Shown in pieces: positions 52,270 to 64,000 of a stretch of DNA of 64,000 bases. The number at the start of each line of letters is the position of its first letter. Positions within the stretch are counted from its first letter, which is position 1. The notes under the pieces were generated by a model that was not told where the DNA came from, made no database searches, and saw only the letters and a list, made by a program, of their open reading frames with translations. Origin of the DNA: Klebsormidium nitens (lineage: Eukaryota > Plantae > Klebsormidiophyceae). Location of the stretch: positions 124,001-188,000 of the forward strand of contig DF237008.1 of NCBI GenBank assembly GCA_000708835.1. Reading direction: 5' to 3'. Made by a program: the position numbers and the translations under genes.

Positions 52270-55200
52270 TCCACTTGAGCTAGCTTGATGTGGCGAAGGA
52301 AGCCGTTCACAAACTTCGCGGAGGCCGAGATTGTTTACGTTTTTCTGGTTTGCGTACACTTGGCATTGACGAGCTTGGGCGCACATCTAGGCCCATGCTG
52401 AAACTCAGGTTCCATGGTCACCACCGAGCCATGAACCTCACTTTGGGATCTTGTGACAGCCACGAAACTTTTCTATGAAAGCGGGTTTCAGGACTCTTAC
52501 CGGACACCCTTTACAACATTTAAGGGGTCTTCGGTTTCGGCTTGTCTTTGTTGCCTGGCAGTTCGCAGACGCACGACGGACAGGGGCACTGTGCGTCGTT
52601 GCACGATTGTTGGTTGGTGTTCGTACCTGCACCTGGAGCTCTTCTGAAACGCTCTTCGTTTGATTGACTTGACCGCGGACATGTTCGACGCGTTGTTTTC
52701 AATTTTTCCCGAGCACACCTTTAGCCGGCAGGTTTTTGCAACGCCATATCTGCTGAATAAATTGAGCGTATCGGCGGGCTGTGGAATTAATCCTGCTGGG
52801 AGGAAAGCTCTAGACCATCGCTTTTCAAACCCGATAAATTTTGAGGCTGGACAAATTTGTGCATCTAGGCTGTGGCAAAGATTGCCAAACGGCGACACGT
52901 GGACCTTTCAGGCTACTCGACGTCGTCATTGTTTCTGAGAACCTGTCACCAACTTGAGAACCAGTCCGTCCCAATGGATAAATAGCATCCTATCGTCCAC
53001 CATCCAGTCCGGTATGAATGAAGCGAGAGTTAAAGGTGTAAAGACGGTCAATGTTTTGATCCAGTTCGTTCCCAGGTTATTTATCTGTGCTTAAGTTGAG
53101 TTCAAAGAGCGCAAGATACTTTCTTCTTTGGGAGGTTTCCGGAAAGGCGGCGATGAGGAACAAGAAGCATGGGCGAAAGCTCAAGCACTGAACTCTCTGG
53201 GACATCCCTGCCGAGCCTCCCATTCTGGGCTAACTCTCTGCCTTAATCGCGGTTGCGCCCTCTAGTTTTCGCTCGAGGAAGAATCCTTAAGCATGCTCCT
53301 GCCGTAAGACAGTGCTCCAAGAGACAGCCGTGTTGCGGCATTCCTCGCCCCGACAAACATTCTGCTGACTTCTGAAGACTTTTTTGATTATCTTGTATAC
53401 GCTGTTGGCCAGTCTCCAAAGCCGCCGCTTTCCACGCTCCGCCCGCAAGATTCAGGCTTCGTGCAACTTAGCAATCGGCCGTGAGGACCAAGAGCTTGTG
53501 ACGAGGTTTCGTTTTTGACATGCCGCCATTTCATACAACATCCGATGCCGCTCTCTACCTTGTGAAAACCTTGTGAATGAAGGTCAGCGCGCCGTTGTTT
53601 GCTGAGACACGCCTGGCTGCGACCGATTTTTGTAAAGCTTCGCATCAGCGCGCCTGCAAGGCGTTACGTACTTGTAACACGCTCTGATAGGCTCTTGCTC
53701 GCGTCTTTGTATCCTCAAGCGTCACCGCAGACTTAGATGATGGAAGAGTAGTGCCTGCGCGCCATGCGTGCGTCAGTTGATCGTTAGACCTTCTTTTTGC
53801 AGACCCGAAAGTTCGCTAGCGGGACGGTGGGTCTAGCCCTATCGAGGTAATCTTCCGTGAAAACTTGAGCTTCAAACATTTGCAGCGCTTTTGGAAGACA
53901 ATGCGGAAACCGGCAATGGGCTGCCGAAAATGCCCGCCCAGTCGACCAACTTGACACCTCCATCCGGTGCTTCTTGCTTTCTGCATCCGTTTAGTACCAG
54001 CTAGTGCGAGTCGCTCGTATGGGCATCTCAGCGGTAGCTATTTCAATTCACACCTCCGAATTCGTATGGAGTGGCATCGCCTTTCATTGATTGTGGTGAG
54101 CTTTGGGCTGCGCCTCGTCCCACTCTCTCGACTCATCTGTGCATGCCCTTGGGTGCTCATACAGTCCATTGCGCACTGCTTTTCTTGCACTCAGATTGGT
54201 TTCACGGCCTCAAATCCTGTGGGAATGCATGTTTGTGCTTGCGAAGTCGCCTGTATTCCTCTTTGGCGCTTTCGGTGACAAATCCATGGGGCCGTGAGGA
54301 GCGAAAGCGTTGGGTAATGCGGCTGGCCCAGGAGCGTACGAGACCGGCGTCCGAAATGCCCAGAACGTTCTTATGTGTACCACTAAGAACTACTTGACAC
54401 TGAAGGAGCCTGCCTCTCAACAGAATGACCTCTTTGAGGTCATCCCGTTCATAAACGGCCGAACTGCATTGGCAGAGTCGCCCTTTGACTGGCATACCAA
54501 GACTGGTTGAAGGCGGGAGGTGATAAACGACAAGCTGGATTCGGATCATAGGATGCAAACCCAAGCAGTTGCGTCATCCAATATGAGAATGCTGCGCGTT
54601 GCATTGAGTGACAGCCGTGTCGAGTTCCTTGTACTATAAAAAAGACAGCAAAGCTTTGGTCTAAGTTTCAGGCTCGAAAGACCCCCGTAGCTCGTTCGTG
54701 CCGAGTTGATGTTCCTTAGAGCTCTTATGGAGCTAGCTTGACGTGGCAAAGAACCCGTTCACAAAGCTAGCGCATTTTCGTTGTTCTCGTTGTCCTGCCA
54801 CTGGCATTGAAGAGCGCGCTTGGGTGCCCACGCCCAAGCATCCGACTAGCCATGTTCACCACCGAGCCATTACCCTTACTCGAAGGTTGAATCCCGTGAC
54901 CGCCTTGAATTTGCTCTGTTAAGCGAGTTACAGGCGTCCATCAAGTTTTAATGAGGGGCCTTAAAGGAGTCTTCGGTTCTGACCTGGTTTTTGCCGCCTC
55001 GCAATCGGTAACGTGCGTCGAACATGATCGTTTTTTGATAGTTGGACCACCTGGCCGTGCCCTTCTGGAAACACTTCTTTAACTGTCCTTCATTGCGGAC
55101 GTCATCTGCGAAGCGTCGTTGCTTCCTTGGACATTCTCGAGCACACTTTTGTTTTTGCAGAGCCATACTTGCCTACTGAATTGAGCTGATGCCGAATCCT

Positions 55201-57240
55201 ACTACAAGAAAAATACAAGGCCATCGCTTTTTTAACCCGTATTGTCGAAGCCGGTCAACCCTGTGCTTGTGATAAAGCTTGCCTTAAACGGCGAAACGCG
55301 GAGCTTTTAGGCTACTTCGACGTCGTCAACGTCTTTGAGAGCCTGTCACTGACCTGAGAACAAGTGCCTTTGACTGGATCACAGCTTTCTGTCAGGAAGT
55401 GGTCCAACATCCAGTCCGGTAAGATTGCAAGCAACCGTGTGACAGGTGTGAAATTGATGATTTCTCCAGTCCAATCGTTGAAGATTGCCTATCTGTTCAT
55501 GATTCGGCGTTCAGAAAGCGCGGATGCTTCCTTCTTTGCGAGTTTCTCTTCCAAGGCGTCTGCGAAGACCAAGAAGCCTTATGGGCAAAAGGTCATTAAA
55601 ATGCTCATGTACCGAACAACTGCTCATGAGCCTCGCACTCTGGGCTGCGTTGCTACCTTCCGATTGCGTCTCCCTTTAGCTCGCAAGCGATCCTTCCAAC
55701 AAGCTCCCTTCGTAAACGGTGCTACGCTGAACAGCCTTGTTGCCGTTTTCTTCGCCCCGGCGGACGTTCTGCTAAGCGCTGAACAACTTATGGGATCCCG
55801 CAAACGCTGCTCGCCAGTCTTCAACGCCGCCGCTTTCGACGCTCCGCCCGCAAGGTCAAGGCCTCGTGCAGCTTATCAGATCGGCCGTGAGGACCACGAG
55901 CTTGTGACGAGGTTCCCCCCTTCACATGAATTCTCGTGTAGCATCCGATGCCGTTCTGTACTTCGTGGATAATTTTAGAAGAGGGTCAGCCAATGTCTGC
56001 TGAGACACGCCTGGCTGCGACCGATTCTCGTAAGCTTTCGCACTAGTTGAAAGGCGTCACGTACTTGCAGACACGCTCTAATATGCTGCGTGAGCACTCC
56101 AGCGCTGTGGCCCATTTCTAAGGATGGGTCGATGACGTCAGCATGCTCGCGTCTTTCTATCCTCAAGCGCAACCGCAGAATCAGGTGGTGGGAGAATAAT
56201 GCCTGCGCGCTTTGCGTGTGTCAGTTGACTGGTCGGACTTTCCTTTCGCAGACCCAAAAGTGCGCGGAAAGCGGAACGGTGGGCCTAGCCTTATCAAGGT
56301 AACCTTCCATGAAAACTTGAGCTTCAACATCAGCAGCGCTTTCAGAAAGCAATGCGGAAACCGAAAATGGGCTGCCCAAAACGGGCCCACCCAAGTGTCC
56401 TACTCGACCCCTCCATCCGATGCTTCTTGTTTCTGCATCCGTTGATTACCAGCTGATGTGAGTCACGCTCGTATGGGCTTCCCGGCGTTAACAGATGCTT
56501 TTTAGACCTCAGATTTGGTACTGAAACGGCATCGGCTTTAATTTACCGGGCTTGATTGTTGTGGCCTGATACTCTCCGGGCTGCCTCGGGCCACCCTTCT
56601 CAATTCATCTGTGCTTGTGTTCTGTGCACCTACATTCGATTGCGTACTCCTTTCTAGTGCAATCCAATTAATTTCATGGCCTCAGATTCGTGTGGAAAAT
56701 GCATTTTTGTGCTTGCGAAGTTGTCTGTAGTCCCTTTGACGCTTTCGGTAATCTTTGGGGCCGTGAGGAGCAAAGGCGCTGGGTTCTGCGGCTGGCCCAG
56801 GAGCGTGTGTGACGCATCCAAAATGCCCAGAACATTCTTACGTGCGCCACTATTTGGATTGCGTCACTTTTTCAACACTGGAGGAGCATGCGTATGTTGG
56901 CACAGTTCCAATGGGCATTTTGCTTTCCTTTGAGGAATCTTTGAACTAGCGGCAATGAAGAACGAGAAGCATGGGCAAAACCTCAAATAATGCTCATGTC
57001 CTGGAAGTCTGGTTGAGCCTCCCTGTCTGGCTGCCTCTCTCCCTTAGCTACAACTGGGCCCGCGCCCTAGTTTAGATTCGTCGAAAGATTCCCTTCAGAA
57101 CACGCTTCTCATGTAAGACGATGCTTTACGCAGGAATCAGGGCCTGGTTGCGGCTTTCTTCGCCGCGGCAGACGTTTCGCTGAGCCCTGAATTACAACTT
57201 GTTGTCAATAGCATACGCTGCTGGCCAGTCTATCGTTGTG
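52270..57240. repeat. Decayed ~2.45-kb tandem duplication with a further partial copy; family unidentified
   Basis: gagctagcttga(t/c)gtggc at 52277 and 54730; gcagaccc(g/a)aaagt at ~53800 and ~56248; ggccgtgaggagc at ~54290 and ~56759. Segment ~53120-53410 recurs at ~56930-57235. Roughly 70-80% identity by eye. Confidence 0.75.
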
Positions 57241-60200
57241 CTTCCTACTTTTCGCGAATACTCCCCACTCACGGTGTTAACCGTATATAGTCTCTGCTAA
57301 GGAAAGCAGGCAGCTTACAAGTTGCCACTTTTTCGTGGAAGCACCTGCAACGCGTCACCTGGAAGGGGCCCGAAAGCGTCTTTTCCAGCGGAGTGCGATC
57401 ATCTCACTTTGTAGTAGCCCAGCATAACTTACTCAATCTTTCACGTCGACGACGCCTTCTGTTTCCGATGACGTCGAGAGTGATCGAAGCTGGCCTAGAC
57501 TTGGAGAGCGCTTGTTTCCAAGCAAGTCTTTGGTCCGACATGCAACCTGATCCGGGAAGAATAACAAATCAGCCCAACTGACTTGGTGAGCAAACGACCG
57601 CTCCTTGTTATTTTCAAGCGAGGATTGCGTCTCGAGCTAGAGGGGTTCTAGTCTATTCCTCCATTCAGCTTGACAGCTTCGTGCGGTTTGCTCTATGAAA
57701 GGCGATGAGCAGGAGTAAGCTGGGACTGGAGTCCTAAAAGACGCAGAAGCTTGCTTTGATGCCTTACTTGATTTCAATAGATTGAGAACGTTTCAGATTC
57801 TGGGTGCAGTTTCGGGCCATTGGCAAACTTCGTGCTGCGTGGATTCGCGCTTTTCCGTTTTGGCCCGCAGTACTTCCTCGTGCAAAAGGTTTGACTGTTA
57901 AAATTTTGACAAAGAAATGAGTGCTCTGATGAAGGTCGGAGGTTGCAACCCAGAGAAAACGAACTTCACTTTTGGGCGCGCGCTCACGTCTTTTCTGCTG
58001 CCGAACTCTTTGCAAATGCAAGGCCGTGAAAGTTCTTCGCTGGCCGAAAAGCCAGTCAAGTCGCTTCTTCAGAGCACCTGACGCCTTCATGGTCTGCTGC
58101 CTCTTCCCTCCATCTGTTACATGCGGACATTTTGGCTCTGCTCACGGTTAACTCGTGGAGTAATGCGATGCCGTTGAGTTGCATCTTTTGCGCCTCACAT
58201 AGCAAACCTTCTTTGATGCGGAGTTTTCGAATTGGATATGAAATTTGTGACCACAGATCTTCAGGCTAAGGTCATGAAGGGCGGGTCCTGGTGGGTTCGC
58301 ATTGAGATCCTGCTTTCATAAACCATAGATTCAAATTTTTCGATTTTTGCGCCGATTGAGGCTTATTATCTTCACCATGTACAGACGGGTTCCTCAATGG
58401 GAATCTCTGAGAACATCTGAAAGCTCTTGCTTGCGGCGCTTCCCTTCCTCACTTTCAGAATGATCAGGAATCTCGTGCACATTCTATCGGGACTTTCCAC
58501 TCAGTAAAAGCATAACACCTGTTCCATATTGCCATGCAGACTGTAAAGTCAGGATCTAAAAGCTGTAACAACTCGATCATTCGCATAGCGCCGCTGTCTT
58601 GGAGGCAGTGAGGATCAAAATCAGAATGGGAGGGGTGATCCATGTGATGCTCTATTGTACCGATGCCCCACAGGCTTCTTCAAACAAACCCAATATCTCT
58701 GAACTTGCCCGCTGTATCAGGATAGTGGTTCGAGGTTCAAAGTCCGCTTTCCCCTCGTTGCATGTGCTTTTAGCCTTGTTCTCCACTGTCAAGCCCATAA
58801 GTTGCTGACTGCTAAGTATACACTTCGCACTCATTCCAAGATAAAAGGATTGATGGCAGTGCTCAAGAGCTGTCGGATACTTGGTTTTGCTGGATTCTCC
58901 AAGTATGTCTCTTCCTGGTAGCAGTCTCCGAAAGCAGCTTTCAACAGTCCGCCCAAAAGTTCTAGATCTCGCATAGCTTAGCTGGTCGGCCATGAGGACC
59001 AAAAGCTTGTGACACGGATACCCCTTTCAAGGGCTGAATGGTATCGGATCCGAAGCCGTTTTGCAATGTCGACTCTTACTCGTCGCATCACGGATTTGTG
59101 GACGAGGATCTGCGGTCGGTTGCGCTTTCGCTCGGGATGGAGCCCCTCTCTTGGCTGGCCTCCTGAGAAAAGAGTCGGCCAGAGACGAGTTCACTCTCGC
59201 TAGTGACAGTCGTTTCCCTCGTTTAATGACGTGGGATGAAACAACTGACGATTCTCATGCGTTCAACATTGATGTCATCTACACTGATCTTTCAAACAGA
59301 TTGAGTTGACATCAAGTCACCATTGCCATTACTAGCATCTGAAATCTCGAAATATCTGGAACCTCGGCGGTAACATGATAGTTTACAACAAAGAGAAGTG
59401 GCATCGATTGCAACTGGGCCTGACCGTCGTGTATTGATTTCGAGACATTTCGTGATTGTTTCGCAGCTCATTCTTACCGAACCCTGCCGTGTGAAACACT
59501 ATCTCGCTCTTTCTCCTAAACTTGTTTGTCTCGTGTGCTACAATTTGCATTCTGGATGGTAGCAATGAGTCCCTTTCTTTGGGCCATCCGCCCACAAAGT
59601 GTCAATGCCTAGAATGCTACCTGACTCGCTTCTCTGGAGAACTTTTTTCCCTTTCGGTGTGCTACGCAAGCTGCCTGCACGCTTTGTCTCTTCTCTATCC
59701 CTAACCATGTGATTGCAACTTCGGCATACGTCTTAGTCTTTGAGGCAACCACTACGTTTGTTGAAATTGCTCCTAAGGAGAGGCCGTGCATGCTTCATCT
59801 GCAGTGCATCATCAGACTTCCGAGCTGGCCTGCAGACGTACCGATCGAGTCACCCCACTCAGATGTTTCCGCCCAAATGTTTAGCAAGGCCGAGCCTATA
59901 CTTCTTTTCCGGTTGTTTATACAACTTCCTTGTTTCGACGGTGCCCGTGTAGTTCGTGCAAACTGGTGAAATTCGACATAAGAATTTGATACGCTCGAAT
60001 CGTTAAACAACGTTTAGTCTGTCCATCTGTAAGAGTTTGTCTTGAAGATATGCTTCAAGGTTCTGGAGCGTCCGTGGCGCAGATCTTAGGGTCTAAAATT
60101 TTGTCTTCCAGAAGTGTGTAGATTTGCAAGGAGATACCGGCGATCGACAGAAACAGGGTGGCAGACGGGAGAACTACCAGTGCACAGTGGTCATAGCTCT

Positions 60201-63200
60201 TGGAGAATTGTAGCTTAACCAGTCCGGAAGCATCCAAAGAAAAGACCATGGCTTCAAGCTCCCGTCATTTCTCCGTATTTTCTGCGCGTTTTGTTCCAAG
60301 AAGCGGCATGCTGCAGCTTGATAATCTCGGCCGTGGGCGACTTGACACCTTGCCTGGTCAACTTCTCGAGCCGACCCTGTTGCTTTTGCGAACTAAACAG
60401 CCCCCACGGCGGAAGGCTTTTGGCTGCCTAGGCAGCCAATTTGTCTGCTTTGCTAAATTCGAGTCCAAACCGAGCGGACAATCATGCGTTCATCTTTTCC
60501 CGAGTCACATGCACGCTCAACGATTGCAAGACGTTTTCTAGAGCTGCATCTCCAAGCACGAGCACGCTCGCATTTGAGCAATCATCGAGCTCCAGGTCTA
60601 ACTTGGATTGCTTAGGAGGCTGTGACGGAGGAAACGCGTTGGTCTTATATGCACCAGAGGTAGGGTTATTTGATTGTTTCGGCTGATGCCTCCGCTTTCT
60701 ATAGAACCCAGCAGAGTTTACATAACGGTGGATGTAGATTTTTTTCACTTGAAGCTCGAGCCTGAAACGCAGCCACGGAATCGTAGCCCTTAAAAACATG
60801 TTAGGTATTCTGAATGCACAATAGACAAGTCCTCTGAGGTTTTGAATCCCGTTTCCCGTTTGATTGTATGGCAGGTCCGTCTTTCATTGAAAATGAGGTG
60901 AACTTGTATCAGTTCTACTACGCCGAATGTGTCGTCTTTCTTCCAACCGCAAGCTGTCAAAGTGTTCCACATCAATGAAGCCTTCTTTTTGACCAAATAT
61001 GAGACTTGGGTCGCCACGGCGCTATGTCAAGAGGATTCTCTGTTAGAGTTCTGGGCGTTAGTGGGGGGTTCACAATATGTTGTTGCCTAGAAAGATTTGC
61101 AAGTGATGGGAAGCGGATAGAAAGTTTTGCTTCTGAACCAACAGAATTGCAAAGTGCACGTGAGACAGTAATATAACACACAAGGAAACTTTCGAGGCCT
61201 CTTGCGACAGGCTTTTTCAATTCTCTCTTTCCAAGGTTGAAGGCAATGAACGAACCGGCACGGTAAAGTGGAAGTCCAGACGCAATTTTGGTTCAGTGCC
61301 TCCGATGCCTCACCGTTCAAGAGCGCAATTAGCGTAACCTTGTACGTTGGAAGTTGCCAATCTCGCTTTCGCATCATTTATGCAGCCGGCCCGGTTGCGA
61401 GCATCTGAAGAACTTCAGTGAACACAGCGGAAAATTTGGTCGCTGTTCTCGGGGTGATGCCAGCTTGGCTGTGGCCACTTCATGGGTCTCCGCACCGAAA
61501 GACTTTACAGATTTTATTCTCTCTAAATGCTGAGTCCTGCGCATGCCCACGTCTCTCTATCGTCCAGCCTAGATTAGTGACGGCCGGTTAACATAATGGT
61601 GCCTGCACGCTCTGCTTTCGACGCTCGTTTACTCTCTATAACGGAGTTGTTCGTTCCTGAAATGCAGTGCCAAGCCGTAACCTTTTCGTTGGACACTTGA
61701 CCTTCGAGTTCAAAAGTTACACCTGTCGTCAATTTCAGCAGCCCTTTCCGAAATCGATTGGGCTGCTCAAAGTGGCCCGCCCATGTGGCTGAATCGCCGC
61801 TTCTATCCCATATTCCTTCTTGCTTTTGAATATTTTCCACAAATTTTAGTAGCGACTATCTTTCTAAGGCCCGCAGCCTCGGGTGCGGGCCCAAGGCAGG
61901 GCAATGAGGATAATCATTTCAGGAACGTCTCCGTCTCGATTGCAGATGGAGAACACCATCGACACGTGGTCCGATGCCGTTTGCTCATTTGGGCCCCTTA
62001 ACAAGAAATTGGGCTGAGAAGAAGTAGGTAGTCCTGGTGTGGCATGAGGTTTATTTAACGGTTCCGCTGTTTTGACCGACAAACCAGCAACCTATTCCAG
62101 ATTGAGCGCATTTTCTGGTTGGTCCTCTAGCTTAGTCGCTTTGAACTCTCAGATATGCGACGAGCAAATCAGATTTTCTTGTTTTACGACCTTTTGGTGG
62201 CGATGCGTCGATCCTTTACTCGGATCAGACTTAGATGGCAGAGAGTTGCGATTGGGCCCCGAATCTGCGTTGGCGAGTAGCTCGTGCCCTGAAATCTCTA
62301 AAATCTGCTCGTTGAAAAAGGCGAGATCGTGTATGTTAGACGGGCTTTTGTTTTTTGCGTCCTTTCCATGTACTCTATCCCTTTCCGCAAGCCCAAAAGG
62401 TCTTATAACCGAATGTAACAGCTTGTAAAACCACCTAATGGCTTGATTCGTAAGGGTCCCGCCTTTTACTACTGGTGGGCTCTGGTGGGCCTGCCTCATA
62501 CGTTTGCGTTCGTTTATCAAGGGGCCGTGCGGATGAAGCTGAGAAAAGTAACAGTCCAGCACCTTCCTGAAAGCCAAGAACCACTCCAAGTGCATGCGTG
62601 CGTCCCAACCTCTTCAGTGATGAATTGTAGAAGCATCATGCTCCACTGTTTTCATGGTCTGTAGAACCTTATCGAGCTCATGGCCGACGATTCAAGGATT
62701 CGGCCACACTTTAGCCCTGTGGCCCAGCTTCCACTGGTCATGTTAGATCAGCAGAATGCTTGCAAACCGAGTTTGGTCCTGGTCCCAGAAGTCGAACACG
62801 CTTTTGACTGCTTTTTCTTTGAAGTCGTTGGAAGCAGCAACAAGTGGCTTCGTTTTAGAGAGAGCTTGATTCCCAAGACCTTTGTCCAAGCGTCCTGATG
62901 CGGAGAATAGATTCGAATACAACCCGCTTGAGTTTTTAAACGGCCGTATTGTATAAAATTGGCCTCTCGGTCCGGATGAGCGTAGTTTCTCTTCTCTTAA
63001 GCTTGCTAAGAGCTTTCTGGGCGCTCTCTGGAAGGCAATGAAAATGTGATGGCTGGGACTGGACTTCCAGACCAGAAGGAGTTGGAACGATCTGATCATG
63101 CCTTACTCGAATATGCAAAAGTGACCCGCGGCAGTTGAGACTTCTGCAAACCCTCGAAGACGGTTGAGCCGGGGGCAACTTTCGCAGTGTTCCGTCCGAT

Positions 63201-63426
63201 TGTAAGTTTATGTACCAACCTCTTGCGAACACTCTTACTTGGACAATTAGAACAACACAAGTGCACCACCATACAGGAGGTTGAAAAGGAAAGGAGAACT
63301 TTTATGCTTAGTCGACTGCTTCTTCTTTGAAATTGTCCTGACTGTGAGGTCATGAAAGTTCTTTGCTGGCCAAAGAGTCAGTTGGATCAATTAGGTCTGG
63401 CCTTGCCTGACGCCTCAAAAATTGCG

Positions 63427-63597
63427 TTATTGTTTGTAGGCGCTGTTGGGAAATTAGCACAAATAGGGCTTCATGCTTAGTTGCCAGATGCTATGGAGGG
63501 ACCCACTCCGGTTTCTGCACTCCTTCTTGCTGCCACAACGGTGACTGCAGGTGTAACCTGAATTGCCGGCGCGCTGTTCCCCCTTATTCGAACAAGC
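63427..63597 (+). pseudogene. nad5: Degenerate mitochondrial nad5 fragment (NUMT)
   Basis: [45 protein letters not shown](frameshift)-RCSPLFEQA versus ND5 consensus [39 protein letters not shown]…IARCSPLFE. Confidence 0.9.
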
Positions 63598-63847
63598 ATT
63601 TGTTTCTGTTCGTCTGCCTAATGTTTGCATACTCAGCCGTGTTTCAACGTTGATCAAAAGTACTTGGCAGAGTCCTCGTCTGATCAGTGTTGGTGTAGGT
63701 GGTTTCGGTGTCTCCCGGGCATCTCACGCCTATCATTGGTCAGCGATAGTCAGCCAAATACGTATAACCCTGCTCTTCTTACAGCACGTTGTTGCTTCAG
63801 CTCAAAGGAACAGCTCGCTGTCTAGTTCAATGAACCGCCCCTAGTAC

Positions 63848-63973
63848 TCAAAAGCGGAACCTTGAAGACTGGGTGAAAGCATCCCAGGAAGCGGCACCGG
63901 CGTCGTGAAAAGCGAAGTTGCCTCGCATCTCGCGAAGGAGTTCCTCAAACACCGTCTCCGGAACACTGACGTC
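63848..63973 (-). CDS. Possible terminal exon of an unidentified gene entering from the right edge
   Basis: Polypyrimidine tract and CAG acceptor, then open phase-0 reading DVSVPETVFEELLREMRGNFAFHDAGAASWDAFTQSSRFRF*. No family recognised. Confidence 0.3.
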   Translation of the reverse strand, partial: DVSVPETVFEELLREMRGNFAFHDAGAASWDAFTQSSRFRF

Positions 63974-64000
63974 CTGCACGAGAGAAGGAGCAGGAATCTG

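Noticed and set aside
52660-55972. Possible Ulp1 protease or STAND ATPase identity for the decayed repeats (FATPYLLNKL, IGREDxEL)
   Set aside because: No catalytic His/Cys motif or Walker A follows; the resemblance is too weak to call.

Overview
Eukaryotic nuclear DNA with GC-rich exons and many GT-AG introns. It is green-plant lineage, most likely a streptophyte alga such as Klebsormidium (inference from gene content and composition, not verified). Five spliced genes can be built from the sequence: the 5' exon of GPT/ALG7 (-); a LOV-F-box-Kelch ZTL/FKF1-family photoreceptor (-); a TOC1/PRR1 pseudo-response regulator (+); Tousled-like kinase (-); and a DWNN-knuckle-RING RBBP6/Mpe1-like protein (+). 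A sixth is a SUT2-like sucrose transporter (+). After ~47.4 kb the window is gene-poor, with decayed multi-copy sequence, a nad5 NUMT and a possible terminal exon at the right edge. Two things stand out. (1) ZTL and its canonical degradation target TOC1 sit head-to-head about 1.3 kb apart, with three perfect evening elements between them. (2) Introns of TLK and SUT are filled with diverged 'echo' copies of their own exon-intron junctions, including an array of six 3' splice sites and a minisatellite whose unit is a 5' splice site. No rRNA, tRNA or CRISPR array was recognised. Gene models are manual and unverified by transcripts.
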